Positions 37,031 through 49,879 of a stretch of 64,000 nucleotides of DNA are shown piece by piece. Position numbers and translations under genes: made by a program. Below the pieces are notes generated by a model. The model saw only the letters and a program-made list of their open reading frames with translations, had not been told where the DNA came from and searched no databases. The stretch's first letter is position 1. Each line of letters opens with the position of its first letter. Source of the DNA: Neodothiora populina. Taxonomy: Eukaryota. The DNA lies in NCBI RefSeq assembly GCF_041146345.1, contig NW_027191409.1, forward strand, positions 62,001 to 126,000, in the 5' to 3' direction.

Positions 37031-38968
37031 TCACTTGCCGCGCACCTTGATGCCGTGGAGGAATCTCACGCTGGACCAGACGCTGTCCGTGACTCTGACT
37101 GGTAGTTTTCTGCCCTTCAGACACTGATCAAGCAGCCACAGGCCAACAACGAACTCTTCCTTCTGAAGCCTGCCGTTGTTCTGAGTATCAACCAGGTCCC
37201 AGACTTGCTCTAGCACGTCCTCGGGCAATCTAGATCGTGACCAGATGTCTCTGACAACGACGTCCACGACCTGCTCGGACACGGATTCACGCAGCGTCTC
37301 GGCCTGTTTGGTGTTGCGATGGCGTTGTAAATAGCGATCTTCGTCGGCGGTGAAAAAGGCGTGAATGCCTTTGTTGGCGGCCCAGACGCCCTCGTAGCGT
37401 CTCCTTTCGCGTTCGGTAAGTGCATCTCGCCACCGTTTCCGATCGCCCTCGTGATGCTTGTTGGGGTGTTTCCTGATGAGTTTCTTCTTCTTGTGCTTGG
37501 CAAAGGGCACGTCTTCGTCTTCGTCGGACGAGGAGAAGGTGCGCATGGTATGGCGCATGCCCTTCTTGGGAGGGCTCGGAGTGCGGGAGAAGAAAGAGTG
37601 GGCATGCGAGTGCGAATGCAGACTGCTGGACTTGTGAGGTAGAGACGGGGTCGGAGGCATGGCATGTGGTGTCTGGACTCTGGAGGAAGCCAAGCTCGAC
37701 GCCACAATGGCATCAGCCAGGTCGTCTCCGGTGGTCAAGGGAGTGATGCGACGAGGATGCATCTGGTGATAGGCGGCGGCGATGGAGCGATGAGAGTCGG
37801 ATGAGGCATGCGAAGTGGCGGTATGGCTGCTGTAAGGACGGCGCACGTCGACGGGCGCGGTGGCAGAAGCGTCTCTGCTAGGGGGACGCAGCTGGATGTC
37901 CGGGTACAGCGATGATGGCTGGACGTTCTCATCGGGAAGCTTATTCCTGCGAGGCACAGGCGCTGCTGGCTTCGAGGGCTTCGGCTTCGGCTTCACAGGA
38001 GAGAGCACCTCTTTTGCCGAAGTGAACGAGTCCATGGAAGCCGAATCATCATCGTTGTCTCGGACTGCCGAATTTAAGCCCGTTTCTTTCAGAAGCCCCT
38101 GCGCCACCAGTCGGTCGTGGGCCATCTTCTCGTAGTTGGGCGGAAAGAGGGGCATGGGACCGTCGTCGAGGACTTGTGGTCTGCGCAAGGGTTTAGGCGA
38201 GCGCAGAACGACAGAAGACTGGGAAGCGATGACGGGCGGAGGCTTGACCTCGTGTGTGAGAGTCTGCTTTTTCTGCTCATACAGCTTCACGAGAGCATTG
38301 GTGGCTGGTATCGGAGTCTCGTCGAGGCGCTCGGTAGATGCTGTGGTGGCGTCGGATCCGCCTCTGCTCCGTATTGGTGCGGTGGATCGTGCTCGTGGAT
38401 CTGGGGATGGCGATGAGGCGGAAAGGGCAGCGGGGGAGGCTCGGGCAGCTGCCAAAGACGCTGCGATGTTGGAGTGGGTGCGGGGAGGCTGCACCGGTCT
38501 GGCTGTGGTGGGCGCCAGGTGAGAGGTTCCATCGTGGACGAGGCCAGGGACAGAGAGGCGAGACTGGGTCGATTGGGTTGACTGAGTCGATCGAGTCGAG
38601 CGGATGGACTCGCTGGACCGCCGTCTTCTCGCAGTGCTCGTGCCTCTCAGACCACCGGGTCCGCCATGGTGGGTGGTGTGGGGAGAAGAGGGATGAAGAC
38701 CACTCGGAGCGTTCCGAGGAGGAAGGTGCAGCTGAGGGTGAGGGTGAGGGTGAGGCTGCTGCTGCTGGGGCTGCGAATGGCGACTCACATATCTCGCCAA
38801 CTCGTCAGGAGGAAGGCCATTGATGAAAGCCTTGGCCGCACCCGTCAGAGCAGCAGCATTGAAAGACGGCGACACGGAAGATGCTGTGGATGGGCGATTA
38901 TTGCTGTTGCTGATGCTGATGCTGCCACGCGAGCCTGCACGTATCGGCTGATGCCTGGAGTGGCTCAT
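37031..38968 (-). CDS. Irs4/Tax4-like protein with C-terminal EH domain
   Basis: Low-complexity Ser/Pro-rich N-terminus, LADAIVASSLAS, KHPNKHHEGDRKRWRD.LTERERRRYEGVWAANKG, IWSRSRLP..LEQVWDLVD...EEFVVGLWLLDQCLKGRKLP. Confidence 0.85.
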   Translation of the reverse strand: MSHSRHQPIRAGSRGSISISNSNNRPSTASSVSPSFNAAALTGAAKAFINGLPPDELARYVSRHSQPQQQQPHPHPHPQLHLPPRNAPSGLHPSSPHTTHHGGPGGLRGTSTARRRRSSESIRSTRSTQSTQSTQSRLSVPGLVHDGTSHLAPTTARPVQPPRTHSNIAASLAAARASPAALSASSPSPDPRARSTAPIRSRGGSDATTASTERLDETPIPATNALVKLYEQKKQTLTHEVKPPPVIASQSSVVLRSPKPLRRPQVLDDGPMPLFPPNYEKMAHDRLVAQGLLKETGLNSAVRDNDDDSASMDSFTSAKEVLSPVKPKPKPSKPAAPVPRRNKLPDENVQPSSLYPDIQLRPPSRDASATAPVDVRRPYSSHTATSHASSDSHRSIAAAYHQMHPRRITPLTTGDDLADAIVASSLASSRVQTPHAMPPTPSLPHKSSSLHSHSHAHSFFSRTPSPPKKGMRHTMRTFSSSDEDEDVPFAKHKKKKLIRKHPNKHHEGDRKRWRDALTERERRRYEGVWAANKGIHAFFTADEDRYLQRHRNTKQAETLRESVSEQVVDVVVRDIWSRSRLPEDVLEQVWDLVDTQNNGRLQKEEFVVGLWLLDQCLKGRKLPVRVTDSVWSSVRFLHGIKVRGK

Positions 38969-39706
38969 GGACCATGCATTCAGAGCAGGTCGATGGTCAG
39001 CCTGGGACTGTAGAGTTGTTCACCACCATCTATTGCTGCGGCACAGAGAAAGCAGTGATGTGGCGTGGATTATTATGTTTACTGTTAGATATAATGAAAG
39101 ACAACTTTCATCCCTCCCTTAGCTGATGAGGCAGCAATAAAGCCCCGGATTACGTATGGCTAAGGAGAAGTAGACTGCGCTTATTCGGCACTTTGGAGCG
39201 CCTAGAAGCATGTGAAACATTAGGGCACTACTAGATATATTTTTGCATCTTTGCAGTTGCTGCAGCAAGTCCGTCATGCACAGGTGAAATCAACAGAGGT
39301 TACCTATGTACTCTGATAAATGTTTACCAGGAAGCTTTCATGTGGAACCTGTTATCGACACTGTAAGGTCAAGGCGCCTGAGTCTGAGGTCTCCGTGCCA
39401 AGAGACGGATGTGCAAGTACGGCAGGTACTACTGTACCTACCCCATTCGATCTACGGAGACAGGTACAAGCTGGAGTGCAGGCAACAACCGCCAAGTCAA
39501 TTACGCTCGATTGGTATACATCTTCCACTCACGCGCATGATTCGCGAGTACAACAAGCAGGCGACACGTCCTCCGTATTTGTGATCGTCCTGATTCCTGT
39601 GAGGCAACGAATATGGATGAATGATATATTTGCACCAGAATAATGTGACACCCACAATAGTACACTCTTTTCCCTTCGATTGTGTACCCGCTAATGAACA
39701 CTCGCC

Positions 39707-42700
39707 ATGGCGCACGACCACTTGATGCCTGATGCCGAGGCGGTCGACGAGCAGAGAACCCAATACAATACCAGTGCATTCGTAGATGAGGACCTCGAGG
39801 CAAAATATCCAAACCGTCCACATAACCATTCCAAGACACTGCCGTTCCGAGATCTCTACCTGACCCTCTTCGATCCTCTGAATGAGAACAAACGAAAGCC
39901 GACTGGTCCAGTCCAAGCACGCAAAAAGATGGGTCCTCATGGACCAACTACATTGTCCCCCAACGAGAAGCGCAAGCAGATCATCGATAGATTCATATCC
40001 AATTGGCGAAACAGAGTCGGAAATGACATCTACCCTGCGTTTCGTCTCATCGTGCCCGAAAAGGATCGTGACCGAGCCATGTATGGTCTCAAGGAAAAGA
40101 CCATTGCTAAGTTACTCGTTCGCGTTATGGGTATCGATAAAAACGCGGAGGATGCTCAGAATCTACTGAACTGGAAACTCCCTGGCGTGAGGTCTACCAG
40201 TGCCATGGCCGGTGACTTCTCTGCCCGCTGCTTCGAAATCGTCAAGAAGCGCTCTACCCGCTCTCAGCCGGGAGACCTGACTATCGGTGAGGTCAACGAG
40301 ATGCTAGACCGGCTAGCCGCTGCGCAAAAGGAAGAGAATCAGTTCCCAATCTTCAAAGACTTCTACGAAAGCATGAATGCCGAGGAGGTATTGTGGCTGA
40401 TTCGAATCATTTTGCGCCAGATGAAGGTAGGCGCGTCCGAGAAGACTATCTTCGAGCAATGGCACCCCGACGCCGAAGACTTGTTCAATGTGTCCTCGAG
40501 CCTTCGTCAAGTGTGCTGGGAACTCTATGATCCCGAGATCAGGCTTGCAAGTGAGAACACAGAAATCACCCTCATGCAATGCTTCCAACCGCAACTCGCC
40601 GCCTTTCAGATGCGATCCATGGAAAAATTGGTTGCACGTATGAATCTCTCCGATGATGATCCTGTCTTTTGGATCGAGGAAAAGCTCGATGGCGAGCGCA
40701 TGCAACTCCACATGAAGCAGGATAAAAGTGTTCCTGGTGGGTTCAGTTTCAAGTTCTGGTCTCGAAAAGGCAAGGACTACACGTACTTGTACGGGAACAG
40801 TTTCGAAGACGAGAACGCCTCGTTGACGAGACAGATTCGATCAGCATTCAATCCCGACGTTCGTAACATCATCCTCGACGGCGAGATGATCACGTGGGAT
40901 CCCGAAAAGGATGTGCCTGTCGAATTCGGTCACTTAAAGACTGCAGCTTTGAGCGAGCAGCGAGATCCCTTTGCGAATGGCTGGCGACCACTCCTCAAGG
41001 TTTTCGACTGTCTCTACATCAACGACAAGGCCATCACGAATTTTACGCTGTGTGATCGTAGGCGGGCGTTGTCTAGTAGCATCAACAACGTTCACCGACG
41101 ACTCGAGGTACACGAATATATCGAGGGGAAGACGGCGCAGAATATCGAAACACAACTCCAGAAGGTGGTGGCCGAATCAACCGAGGGTTTGGTAGTAAAG
41201 AGGCCCGGCTCAGCCTATCGACTGAACGAACGCAACGAAGATTGGATAAAAGTCAAGCCTGAGTACATGGCCGAATTCGGAACCTCACTTGATTGCGTAG
41301 TCGTCGGAGGCTACTATGGATCAGGACACCGAGGTGGCAACCTTTCTAGCTTTCTCTGTGGTCTGCGACTAGACCATGACATGATCGTCGCGGAAAAATG
41401 CAACCCGATGAAGACATATTCATTCTTCAAGGTTGGAGGAGGATTCTCAGCATCAGACTATGCTGATCTCTGGCACCGGACAGAGGGCAAATGGATGGAG
41501 TGGGATCGAAAGCAACCTCCGTCTGATTATGTCGAACTTGGTGGCGGAGACAAGCAGTACGAAAGACCTGATATGTGGATCAAGCCCGAAGATTCAGTCG
41601 TGCTCGAGGTCAAAGCAGCCCAAGTCATCACGACAAAGGAGTTTCGGACCAACAAAAGCCTACGATTCCCGCGCTTCGTTCGTCTGAGAAGCGACAAGTC
41701 CTGGAAAGAGGCATTGTCTGTGCAGGAATTCGGTCAACTTGCAGCACAGGCGACCAAAGAACGGAAAGAAAAGGAATTTCGAATCGACAACTCGCGGAAG
41801 CAGAGAAGAGGGATCAAGTCAAGGAAGAAGCAATTGACCGTAATCGGCACAGATGATGTCGTCGCCATGCCATATGCTGGGCCCCGGCTCAAAGTCTTCG
41901 AAGGTCTTACTTTCTATATCATAACGGCAGCCGCGAAACCAATCAGCAATTCGAAGGCGGAACTCGAGCAACTTGTCAAAGCGAACGATGGTAACATCAC
42001 CCAAACCCACAAGGACCCGAAGACTATCTGTATTGCGGAAGGAAACCAAGTCAGAGTGGCGTCTCTGAAAAAGGAAGGTAGTCGTAACATCATCCATCCG
42101 AAGTGGCTTTTAGACTCTGTTCGACAAGCCGAGATAGACCAGGGGCAGATGAATGTGCCTCTGCCATACGAACCTCAGCATGTGCTCTTTACCCGCGCAG
42201 AAGATCAGCATAGCTTCGAGTACAACATTGATAGCTACGGCGATAGCTTCGCCAGAGACGTCACCGTTGATGAAATGAGCCTGATACTGACCAAGATGCC
42301 CCGCGTCGACGATGAGGACCAGGATACGAACAAGTTGCTTTATGAGCTCATGGGTGACGAGGATCTCATCAATTTGCCTGGCTGGATGTTCTACCGGACG
42401 CGGGTCTTTGTGGTCGAAAGGAGCAAAGACGGAAACATGAGCCCTGACCTGGAAATTGCTGCCCGTATACTTGTAGTTTGTGGAGGCTCGCTGGCTGCGT
42501 CTCTCACAGATAGTGAAGTCACACACGTCATGGTCGGCGACGACAACGCAGACCTTCATAGTTTGCGAAGTAGACTAGCAAGGTAGGAAGAGTCGACTAC
42601 CAAAAGAAGGCCCACACACTGATCCATGACAGGTCTTCGATCATCCCTCGCATTGTCACCTCACGATGGGCAACGGAGAGCTTGGCTGCAGGCACTAGGC

Positions 42701-42782
42701 TTGACGAAGAGAGTAAGTCGTGCCAAAAGCCGTCGAATCTTTCAGACACTAACAGCGTACAGGATTTGCCCCAACAACGTGA
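39707..42782 (+). CDS. DNL4: DNA ligase 4 (NHEJ) with C-terminal BRCT domains
   Basis: Adenylation motif IEEKLDGER, ILDGEM, EGLVVK, WIKVKPEY, LRFPRF and BRCT (IIHPKWL). Two 3' introns (about 42583-42632 and 42714-42762) lead to TGA at 42780-42782. Confidence 0.95.
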
Positions 42783-42956
42783 TACACTTTTGCTACGTCC
42801 CGTCAATTTCGACACTTGATCCTGAACTCATGAAATGAGATCACGAGCGACATTTCCTGGATGACGATAAATGCTTTTCGAATGTTTTAGATACCCCCTT
42901 AGTCGATGCATGATTTCGTAGCTGCCAATTCTTGGCACAATAAATGTTCTCCGACC

Positions 42957-44106
42957 CTAATCATCCAGACGTAAAATGCGAACAGCGTTACCTCCCATGA
43001 TGGCATCAGCAGTCTTCTGGTCACCCTGGAAGACTGACTTGACGGCGTTTGAGTTCGACTTGACACTCAACCACTCCGTCTCGCCCTCATCGAGCGGCGG
43101 GAAGAAAGGATGGTCGGTACCTGACAGTGAACATCAGTACAACTTGCACATGTCAACCAGAAAAAAACAGAATCCAATGCTCACCAAAGAGTAATCTGTC
43201 CGCGCCAGAGGCCTCTATAGCCGCCTTCAAGCCAGGATCTGCGTAGACCACGGCGTCGAGATAGATGTTCTTCTTCAAGATATCCCACAAATCTCTCCGT
43301 TTCTCCAATTTGCCCTCGTGCTTGAGATGGGCGTCGTGAGCGATACAGCTCTCGATCCTCCCCGCCAGAAACGGCAACGTGCCGCCACTATGCGCCAGGA
43401 GCACCTCGAGGTTCTGGAAGCGATCCCACACGCCACTCAGCAGCATTCTCGTGACAGCAATGGTGGTCTCTAGAGGAAAACCCATAGCAAGCGGAAGAAC
43501 ATGTCCGTAGTCGTTCGCTCTAGGCCCGTACACGTCGCCAGGCAGACCATAGTGAGGATGCAGGAAGATCAGCTGTTTGCTCTCCTCTATCGCCGCCCAG
43601 ATAGGGTTGAGCGCAGGATCATCCAATCCCGAGCCCAGGCCGGACGTCCCCATGATCACACCTCGCATATGCTTCATCCCGCTCAAACGCTTGATCTCAG
43701 CAACAACCTCATGCGCAGGCGCAGACAGCGGCAGCGTGCCAAACGCATACAACCGCCCCTGATGCTCCGCGCACATGCGCTCAACATCATCATTGATGAC
43801 CCGCGCAGTCTCCGCCGCCTCACCCGCAGGGAGCCAATCGAGCCAAGGGTTAGCAAGAGAAATGACCGAGACGTCAATGCCGTGCGCGTCCATGAAGGCC
43901 AGCTTCTGGGAAATGTCATAGTACTCTGGCCCGATGGGCCGGCCGCGAGACGTCGACTCCGTGTCTTCTGCGGGCAGGATCACCAGGCGCTCGCCTGCTG
44001 AGGGCGCGTCTGGGAAGGACCGCATGTAGGGGACTGTAGTGCGCGAGCGGAGGAGCGCCGTGTAGGCTGGGGGGTACACGTGCGTGTGCACGTCTACTAC
44101 TGGCAT
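42957..44106 (-). CDS. Amidohydrolase-2 family isoorotate (uracil-5-carboxylate) decarboxylase, 2 exons
   Basis: Metal-binding DVHTH, SRGRP, ISLANPWLD, FLHPHYGLP, YGHVLPLAMGFP.ETT, LAHSGGTLPFLAGR and LLF|GTDHPFFPP. Confidence 0.88.
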
Positions 44107-44379
44107 TTTGGCTGCTGCTCGTGACTGGCGAAGATGGGGTTTGTGTTCCTTTGTTGAGGATCTGGGGATTGGTTGGATGTTCTGGGTTGATGAATTTTTA
44201 GGAGATTGATCAACGTATCACATCCACATGTGTATACGCAGATCTGAGAGTGGTAGATATGTGTGTGTCAATCTGCTAATCTGGAAAGATCTATTGTGTT
44301 ATTATGAATGTCTTGGCCACGAAGCTACCTCAGCCAACAACAAGCAAGCGAGCAAGCTGGAAGAGGACAGTTCACAATA

Positions 44380-44750
44380 ATCACTCCAGATAGAATTATA
44401 AAGGCAGAAGAGCAACACAATCAGATAACGATACAGCTATCAGACATTCATGTACAAGGTGATAAGCCTTTATTTGCAGTTGTCGATAAGCAGCTACAGT
44501 CAACACCCACTCGTTATCGCAGAAAGAGCGTGTTTATCTCAGCTACGAACAGCAGCAGTCCACACAGTTTCATACTGTAGGTACAGTAATGTGATAGACA
44601 GCACGAAGAGAAATGATAGGATTCGGCCTATCTTATCATGCTGACCCCCTCACTCAGTTTCCTGATCGGGGCAGGCGGGGCAGAGGTGGCTTGGACCTTG
44701 TATCGCCATTTCATATCAGAGGGGTGCTCTACTGATAACGGGCCAGGCCG
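44380..44750. promoter_or_regulatory. GATA-rich divergent promoter with a CGG-N6-CCG element
   Basis: More than ten GATA/TATC cores (e.g. GATAAC 44424, GATAAG 44461 and 44485, CTTATC 44632, GATAAC 44734). CGG-gccagg-CCG at 44739-44750. Confidence 0.5.
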
Positions 44751-44865
44751 GCGGGAAAAGTATTTGATCAATTGATGTATTTTGAATGATCGACTCCCGA
44801 AGACTTTTTTTGTGATTAAGAGGCATAGGAAATAGGAAGCGAAGAGAAAAAAAAAGAAAAGCAAC

Positions 44866-46131
44866 ATGGCGGACAACCCTTCGGTCACTTCGGCGGTCAA
44901 TGTGGATAACCTCGATATCCCCGTACGTGCTCCGTTCCTGTCCCCGCAACACCTTGACCCCGCACAATGCTGTCTATACCATCGACAGCTGCTGCTGTAA
45001 TGCACAACTCCAATTATGCCACCATTATGTTAGCATATATACGTACATAGCAATTGCTTACCCGCATCGAAACAGCTCATCGACTTCACCGCGTTCCAGT
45101 CCTCGGACCCAGCAACGCGACAAGCGACCGCTTCTGCCATCTTGAGTGGATTCCAACGCGCAGGCTTCATCTACCTGCGCAACCACGGCATTGACTCCAA
45201 GGCAGTGCAGACGGCATTCGGAGAATCAGCCAAATTCTTCGCTCGTCCTTTGCCCCAAAAGGAAGCGCTCGCCTGGACGACCCCCGAGGCCAACCGCGGC
45301 TATGTGCGTCAAGGAAGGGAGAAGACGACTGATCTGACCGACCCCGCCGAGATCGAACGGGTGCGTGCGCTCGAGGGCGCCGACATCAAAGAGTCCCTCG
45401 AGATCGGCCGAGAGGGGCTCAGCAACGGTCTCGAGAACAAATGGCCTGATGTCTACGACGACGAGGGTAAAGTGTTCAAGAAGATCATGCTGGAGTTCTT
45501 CGAGCAGTGCAAGGACCTGCATGTCGAGGTCATGCGCGCCATTGCTGTTGGTCTGGGCATCGATGAGAAGTGGTTTGATTCCTTCTGTGATGGCGGCGAT
45601 AACACTTTGAGACTCTTGCATTACCCTGAGGTCGACGCAAATGTGTTCAAGGAGAAGCCGAACAGTGTCAGAGCTGGTGCTCACACTGACTATGGTGAGC
45701 GCCTTTTTTCTTCTTCTATCGTTCGTGTACCAGAGAGACAACCGTACCTAATACCGAAACACAAAGGCTCCATCACCCTCCTCTTCCAAGATGACCGCGG
45801 GGGCCTCCAAGTCCTCTCCCCCAAGAACACCTACGTGAACGCGACCCCGATCCCAGGCACCATCGTCGTGAACGCAGGCGACCTTCTGGCGCGATGGTCA
45901 AACGACACGATCAAATCCACCAAGCACCGCGTCGTGCAACCGCCCGCGCGTGCCGACGAGGACAAGTACCCGGCCAGGTACAGCATGGCGTATTTCTGCA
46001 ACCCGAACTTCGATCGCTTCATCGAGGCTATCCCGGGGACTTATGACAAGGCTCTCGAGGAGAAGAAGATCAAGTACAGTGGTGTCAACAGTGGTGATTA
46101 CCTCGTTCAGAGATTGACTGCTACTTATTGA
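44866..46131 (+). CDS. Thymine 7-hydroxylase-like Fe(II)/2-oxoglutarate dioxygenase, 3 exons
   Basis: IP|LIDF, GFIYLRNHG, EANRGY, KESLEIG, NTLRLLHYP, RAGAHTDYG|SITLLFQD, STKHRV, RYSMAYFCNPN. Lies divergent to the isoorotate decarboxylase gene. Confidence 0.85.
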
Positions 46132-47182
46132 TTTTTCTTTAATCCTTCGTCGATTTCTTGTCTTTTGACCATGAGTGTGAAGATCATGGCCATCGATCTG
46201 TCACTGGAGAGAAGAAAGAATCAAACCTTCAGGCGCATGTGGAATGAATCTTACGAAAATTGCTGCTTTATATACCTCTTAGTTCTCTAGAAACGAGAGA
46301 GAGAAGATAAATCGAAAGAATGCGTCTTGCCCTTCCCATCTGTCACCGGAACTGTACTCGCTGTGTTGCCAAATTATACTCCTACCTTGTTACTGCCTGC
46401 AATAATGACTGGGCGGATGGCATACCTTGGAAACTGCGCGTGCGGCGATGGCCAGCCCGCTATCAGAGGTGACAGCTTCGCTCACGCTCACGTTGACCAT
46501 ACATATATCAACCATTAGTCAGCAGGCACGGGCGGAAAATCAAATTTTGGTGGCACAATTAATTACCATTTTCTATATACTGCCGAGAAGCGACGTGCTT
46601 CCAGGTGAGTGTGTTGCATGTACTGAGTGAAAAACAAAGGTGAAGAAAACAAAGTCGAAAAAACCCCATCGCCCATAAAACGCCACCAGAAAAAAGTGGT
46701 GACATGCCCGCCCTCCCTCCCATGCCCCCAGAAGACAATTAAACCTCTGCCATCCATCAATTTTTTGCGCCATCAACATTACCCGTCAATAGCTTTTCAT
46801 CCCTCATGATTGTATGGAAAAATCAAGCCTCTCTCTATGGAGGCAACAACAACAACAATAACATTGAACAGAACCATAAACGCCGAGAAAGCCCAAGGGG
46901 TATTGGTACGAATTGCAGAAAAGGCAGGAAACAAGGGGCAGTGATCAAAGGAAAAAATTGGTGACAAGTGTCGAAAGTGTATCAGCCAACCATCATAGGT
47001 CGGCGACAGCGGGTCAATCCGTTCAGACACAATTCAACATGTGATGGACCAACTGTTTGACAAGGTCATAATGACATAGTGCTCAGTTGCGTATGTGAAT
47101 GACGAGGTTCCAACACATCAGATGATGTAGTGTAATCTGCCGTTGGTGACTTGACATGACAACCAACAGCGGACTGAACAAC

Positions 47183-49879
47183 TCATTTGAAGAAAGTGCC
47201 ATGGTTAGCCTGGCGAGGCTGACGGTTGCGACAGTCACTCTGCTGACGTGGCTTGTAAGACTCACGTATCTGAGCTGGAGTGATACGCGAGACATCCTCG
47301 GGACCCAGGCTGCCATGGTGGGTGTTTGCGTGCGCGTACTCGTATATATCGTACGAAGCTCCGTACTGGAAGCGACGCTGATGGTTCAGGTGGTTGTAAG
47401 CCATGGAGTAATCATCAGGACGATAGAGGCGTTGCTCCGGGCTGAAGAAGCCATGAATCTGGTTGGATGGAACAACAGGGTTCTCCTGAGAGCGCTCTTC
47501 CTGCAAGGCACGTGGGGTGCCACGATCGTACTGGGAGCGACGGTTGTTTGGGTGGTTGTCACGACCGCGCTGGTGAGAACGTGGAGGGTAGAGACCAATG
47601 TTGACAGCGTTATCCAGGGAGCGTTGCAGCTTTGAAGGATTGTCAGGCTTTGGGAAAGGAGCCTGGTCGCCAGGGTTCTTGCCAGGAGGGATGAACATGG
47701 AGTCAACCGAATAGAAGACCTTGGGACGGAAACCCTCCCACTCAAGCATGACCGAAGAGTTGCGGAACTTTGCAACAAGGCAATCCTGTCCTTGAATAGT
47801 TGCGTACGAGACCTCGCACGTCTTCTCAGATCCAAACAAGCCCCAAGGCCTGCCAACTCTGCTGTCGACAAAGTCAACAATGTACTCTGGCTTGGAGAAG
47901 TTGACGAAAGCATAGCCAACATTGCAGTTGTTTGAAAAGTCGACACGCAGGTAAGAGAAGTCATAAAGACCCTCACTGGTCTGGTCTAGCCAATCCTTCA
48001 AGTCACAAGCATCAAGCTTGTTAGGAATGTTACGGACCATGACAGTGGTACGACAATCAGTACCCTGAATGATGTTGCTGAGGATCACAGTCTGTGGCTG
48101 GTTGCGAATGTGCTCTTGACCAGAGGCGCGAACGTGCTGCAAGTCAATAAGATCGTGGATGCCTGATCTTCTGACTTGAGAAGCATCAAAGGGTCGGCTG
48201 CGAGGCTGGCGGTACTCGGGAGCAACAAGTGTTTTGTTGCGGGCAGAGGGGCCACCACGTTTTGGTTTGGCCGGACCACGAGGGTTACCAGAGCCATTGC
48301 GAGCCTCAAAACCAAGGTCAACTTGACGTGTTGGTGTGGATGGAGCGTCCCCAACGGTCGCGTCAGATGGTCCATGTGGACTGTATCCCATAATGTCCAA
48401 CAAAAGATCATCCTAAGTCAATGGTCAGTGAAAAATGTTCTCAGTGAGGGTAGACTGGACTCACTCCAAGTTCGATGAATTCTTTGAGGTCACCAAGCTC
48501 GCAGGCTCGATCTGCGGCGCTGATCGTAAAATACTCAACACGGAAGCGAGGAGTCTTGATCTCGCATGGCTCTTGGAGCGCAAAAGTGCGAATCTCTCCG
48601 AAGGTACCAGCAAAGGCACGGATGGTCTTGAAGATGTCCTGTAGATCAAAGTCACGAACCTTACCAATGAAGGTGGTCGAGAAGTCAATCTGGCCGTCAA
48701 ATTTGGTGGCGCGCTCTGCACGAGGGTGAGTACTGTTGATAGTAAAGTACTCCTCATGACTGATGAACTTGAATGTTGCAGTGGTCAGAGCGATTCCGAA
48801 CGAATCACGGCTCTCGACTGCATGGCGAAGGTCATCAAACCACAGAACAACTTCCAAGAAGCCCGGCTTGGTCACCATGGCTTGATAGGCGATGAGCTGC
48901 TGAGCGATGCCGCACTGTGAATTTGTCATCAGCATGTTGTTCCTCTCCATTAATCGACGCGTCACAGAACTTACGTCAACCAAAGCGCGTGTAAGTATCC
49001 CAGTCTGGGCCCAGTGGTCAGGAATGTTACCAATCACCACATAACGAGTGCCGGAGGCGTGTTCGTCAACATCAGTACTGAAGGCAGGGCCATCATGAAG
49101 TTTCTCAGGCGCCTTCTTACCACTGATGGGGGATGCGTCGATCGAGCTCGCACTGCCAGGAGGCGATCCGCTGCCAATAGGGCGAAGAGCACGACCAATG
49201 TTAGCAGTTGGAGCGATGCCCTTGTTGACAAGAGGAGTGTCGTCAGGCTCTGAATCAGTGTTCAAGAAACTGATAGGACCTCCACCGGGCTGGAAAGGAG
49301 CCACGGTGGGGTGGAGACGGGTGTCCTTGGAGAAGATAACACTCTTCTTGGTAGACAAAGGGCTGCTGATGGGTCTGCCAACCTTTGGAAGAGGAACCCA
49401 AGGGGTAGCAACCTTGTTCTTGTAGTTGGAACTCTGCTTCCGGTCAGAAAAATGAAATTGCACGCAAGCAGACAAGTGACAAGCAAGTGAGATAGAAATG
49501 AACTAAACAGGACACAGAACAAGAATTGTCGATGGAAATTCAAAGCGCAGCCAAAGCAAGCTGATGGAAATGGGAGAGGTGAGGGTAAGGTAAGGTGAAA
49601 AACGCGCGCAAAGTTAGTGAAGGGCAGCGGGAACAACATGTTAAGAGAGAAGTGAGAAAGGTCAGGCGTCGAGCCTGCACACAAATAACAAGGGTGGTGA
49701 GGAGCGAACATGATGATCACGTCAGACAATTAAGAAGACGGATCAGAACTCACATTGGTTGAAACAACGCTGAAGGTTGACTCAGTGCTGGGGCTACGAA
49801 TGTCCAAGGATTCATCGCCCTTGTGGGACATGGATGAATCCTTACGGATCATTGCGACCGATGCAGGTTGTGTCTGCAT
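47183..49879 (-). CDS. Mei2-like RNA-binding protein (RRM_2 C-terminal domain), multi-exon
   Basis: DCRTTVMVRNIPNK, YDFSYLRVDFSNNCNVGYAFVNF, SYATIQGQDCLVAKFRNSSVM. Probable start at 49879 with a long first intron. The C-terminus is uncertain (possible intron 47173-47265, which would move the stop to 47118). Confidence 0.85.
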
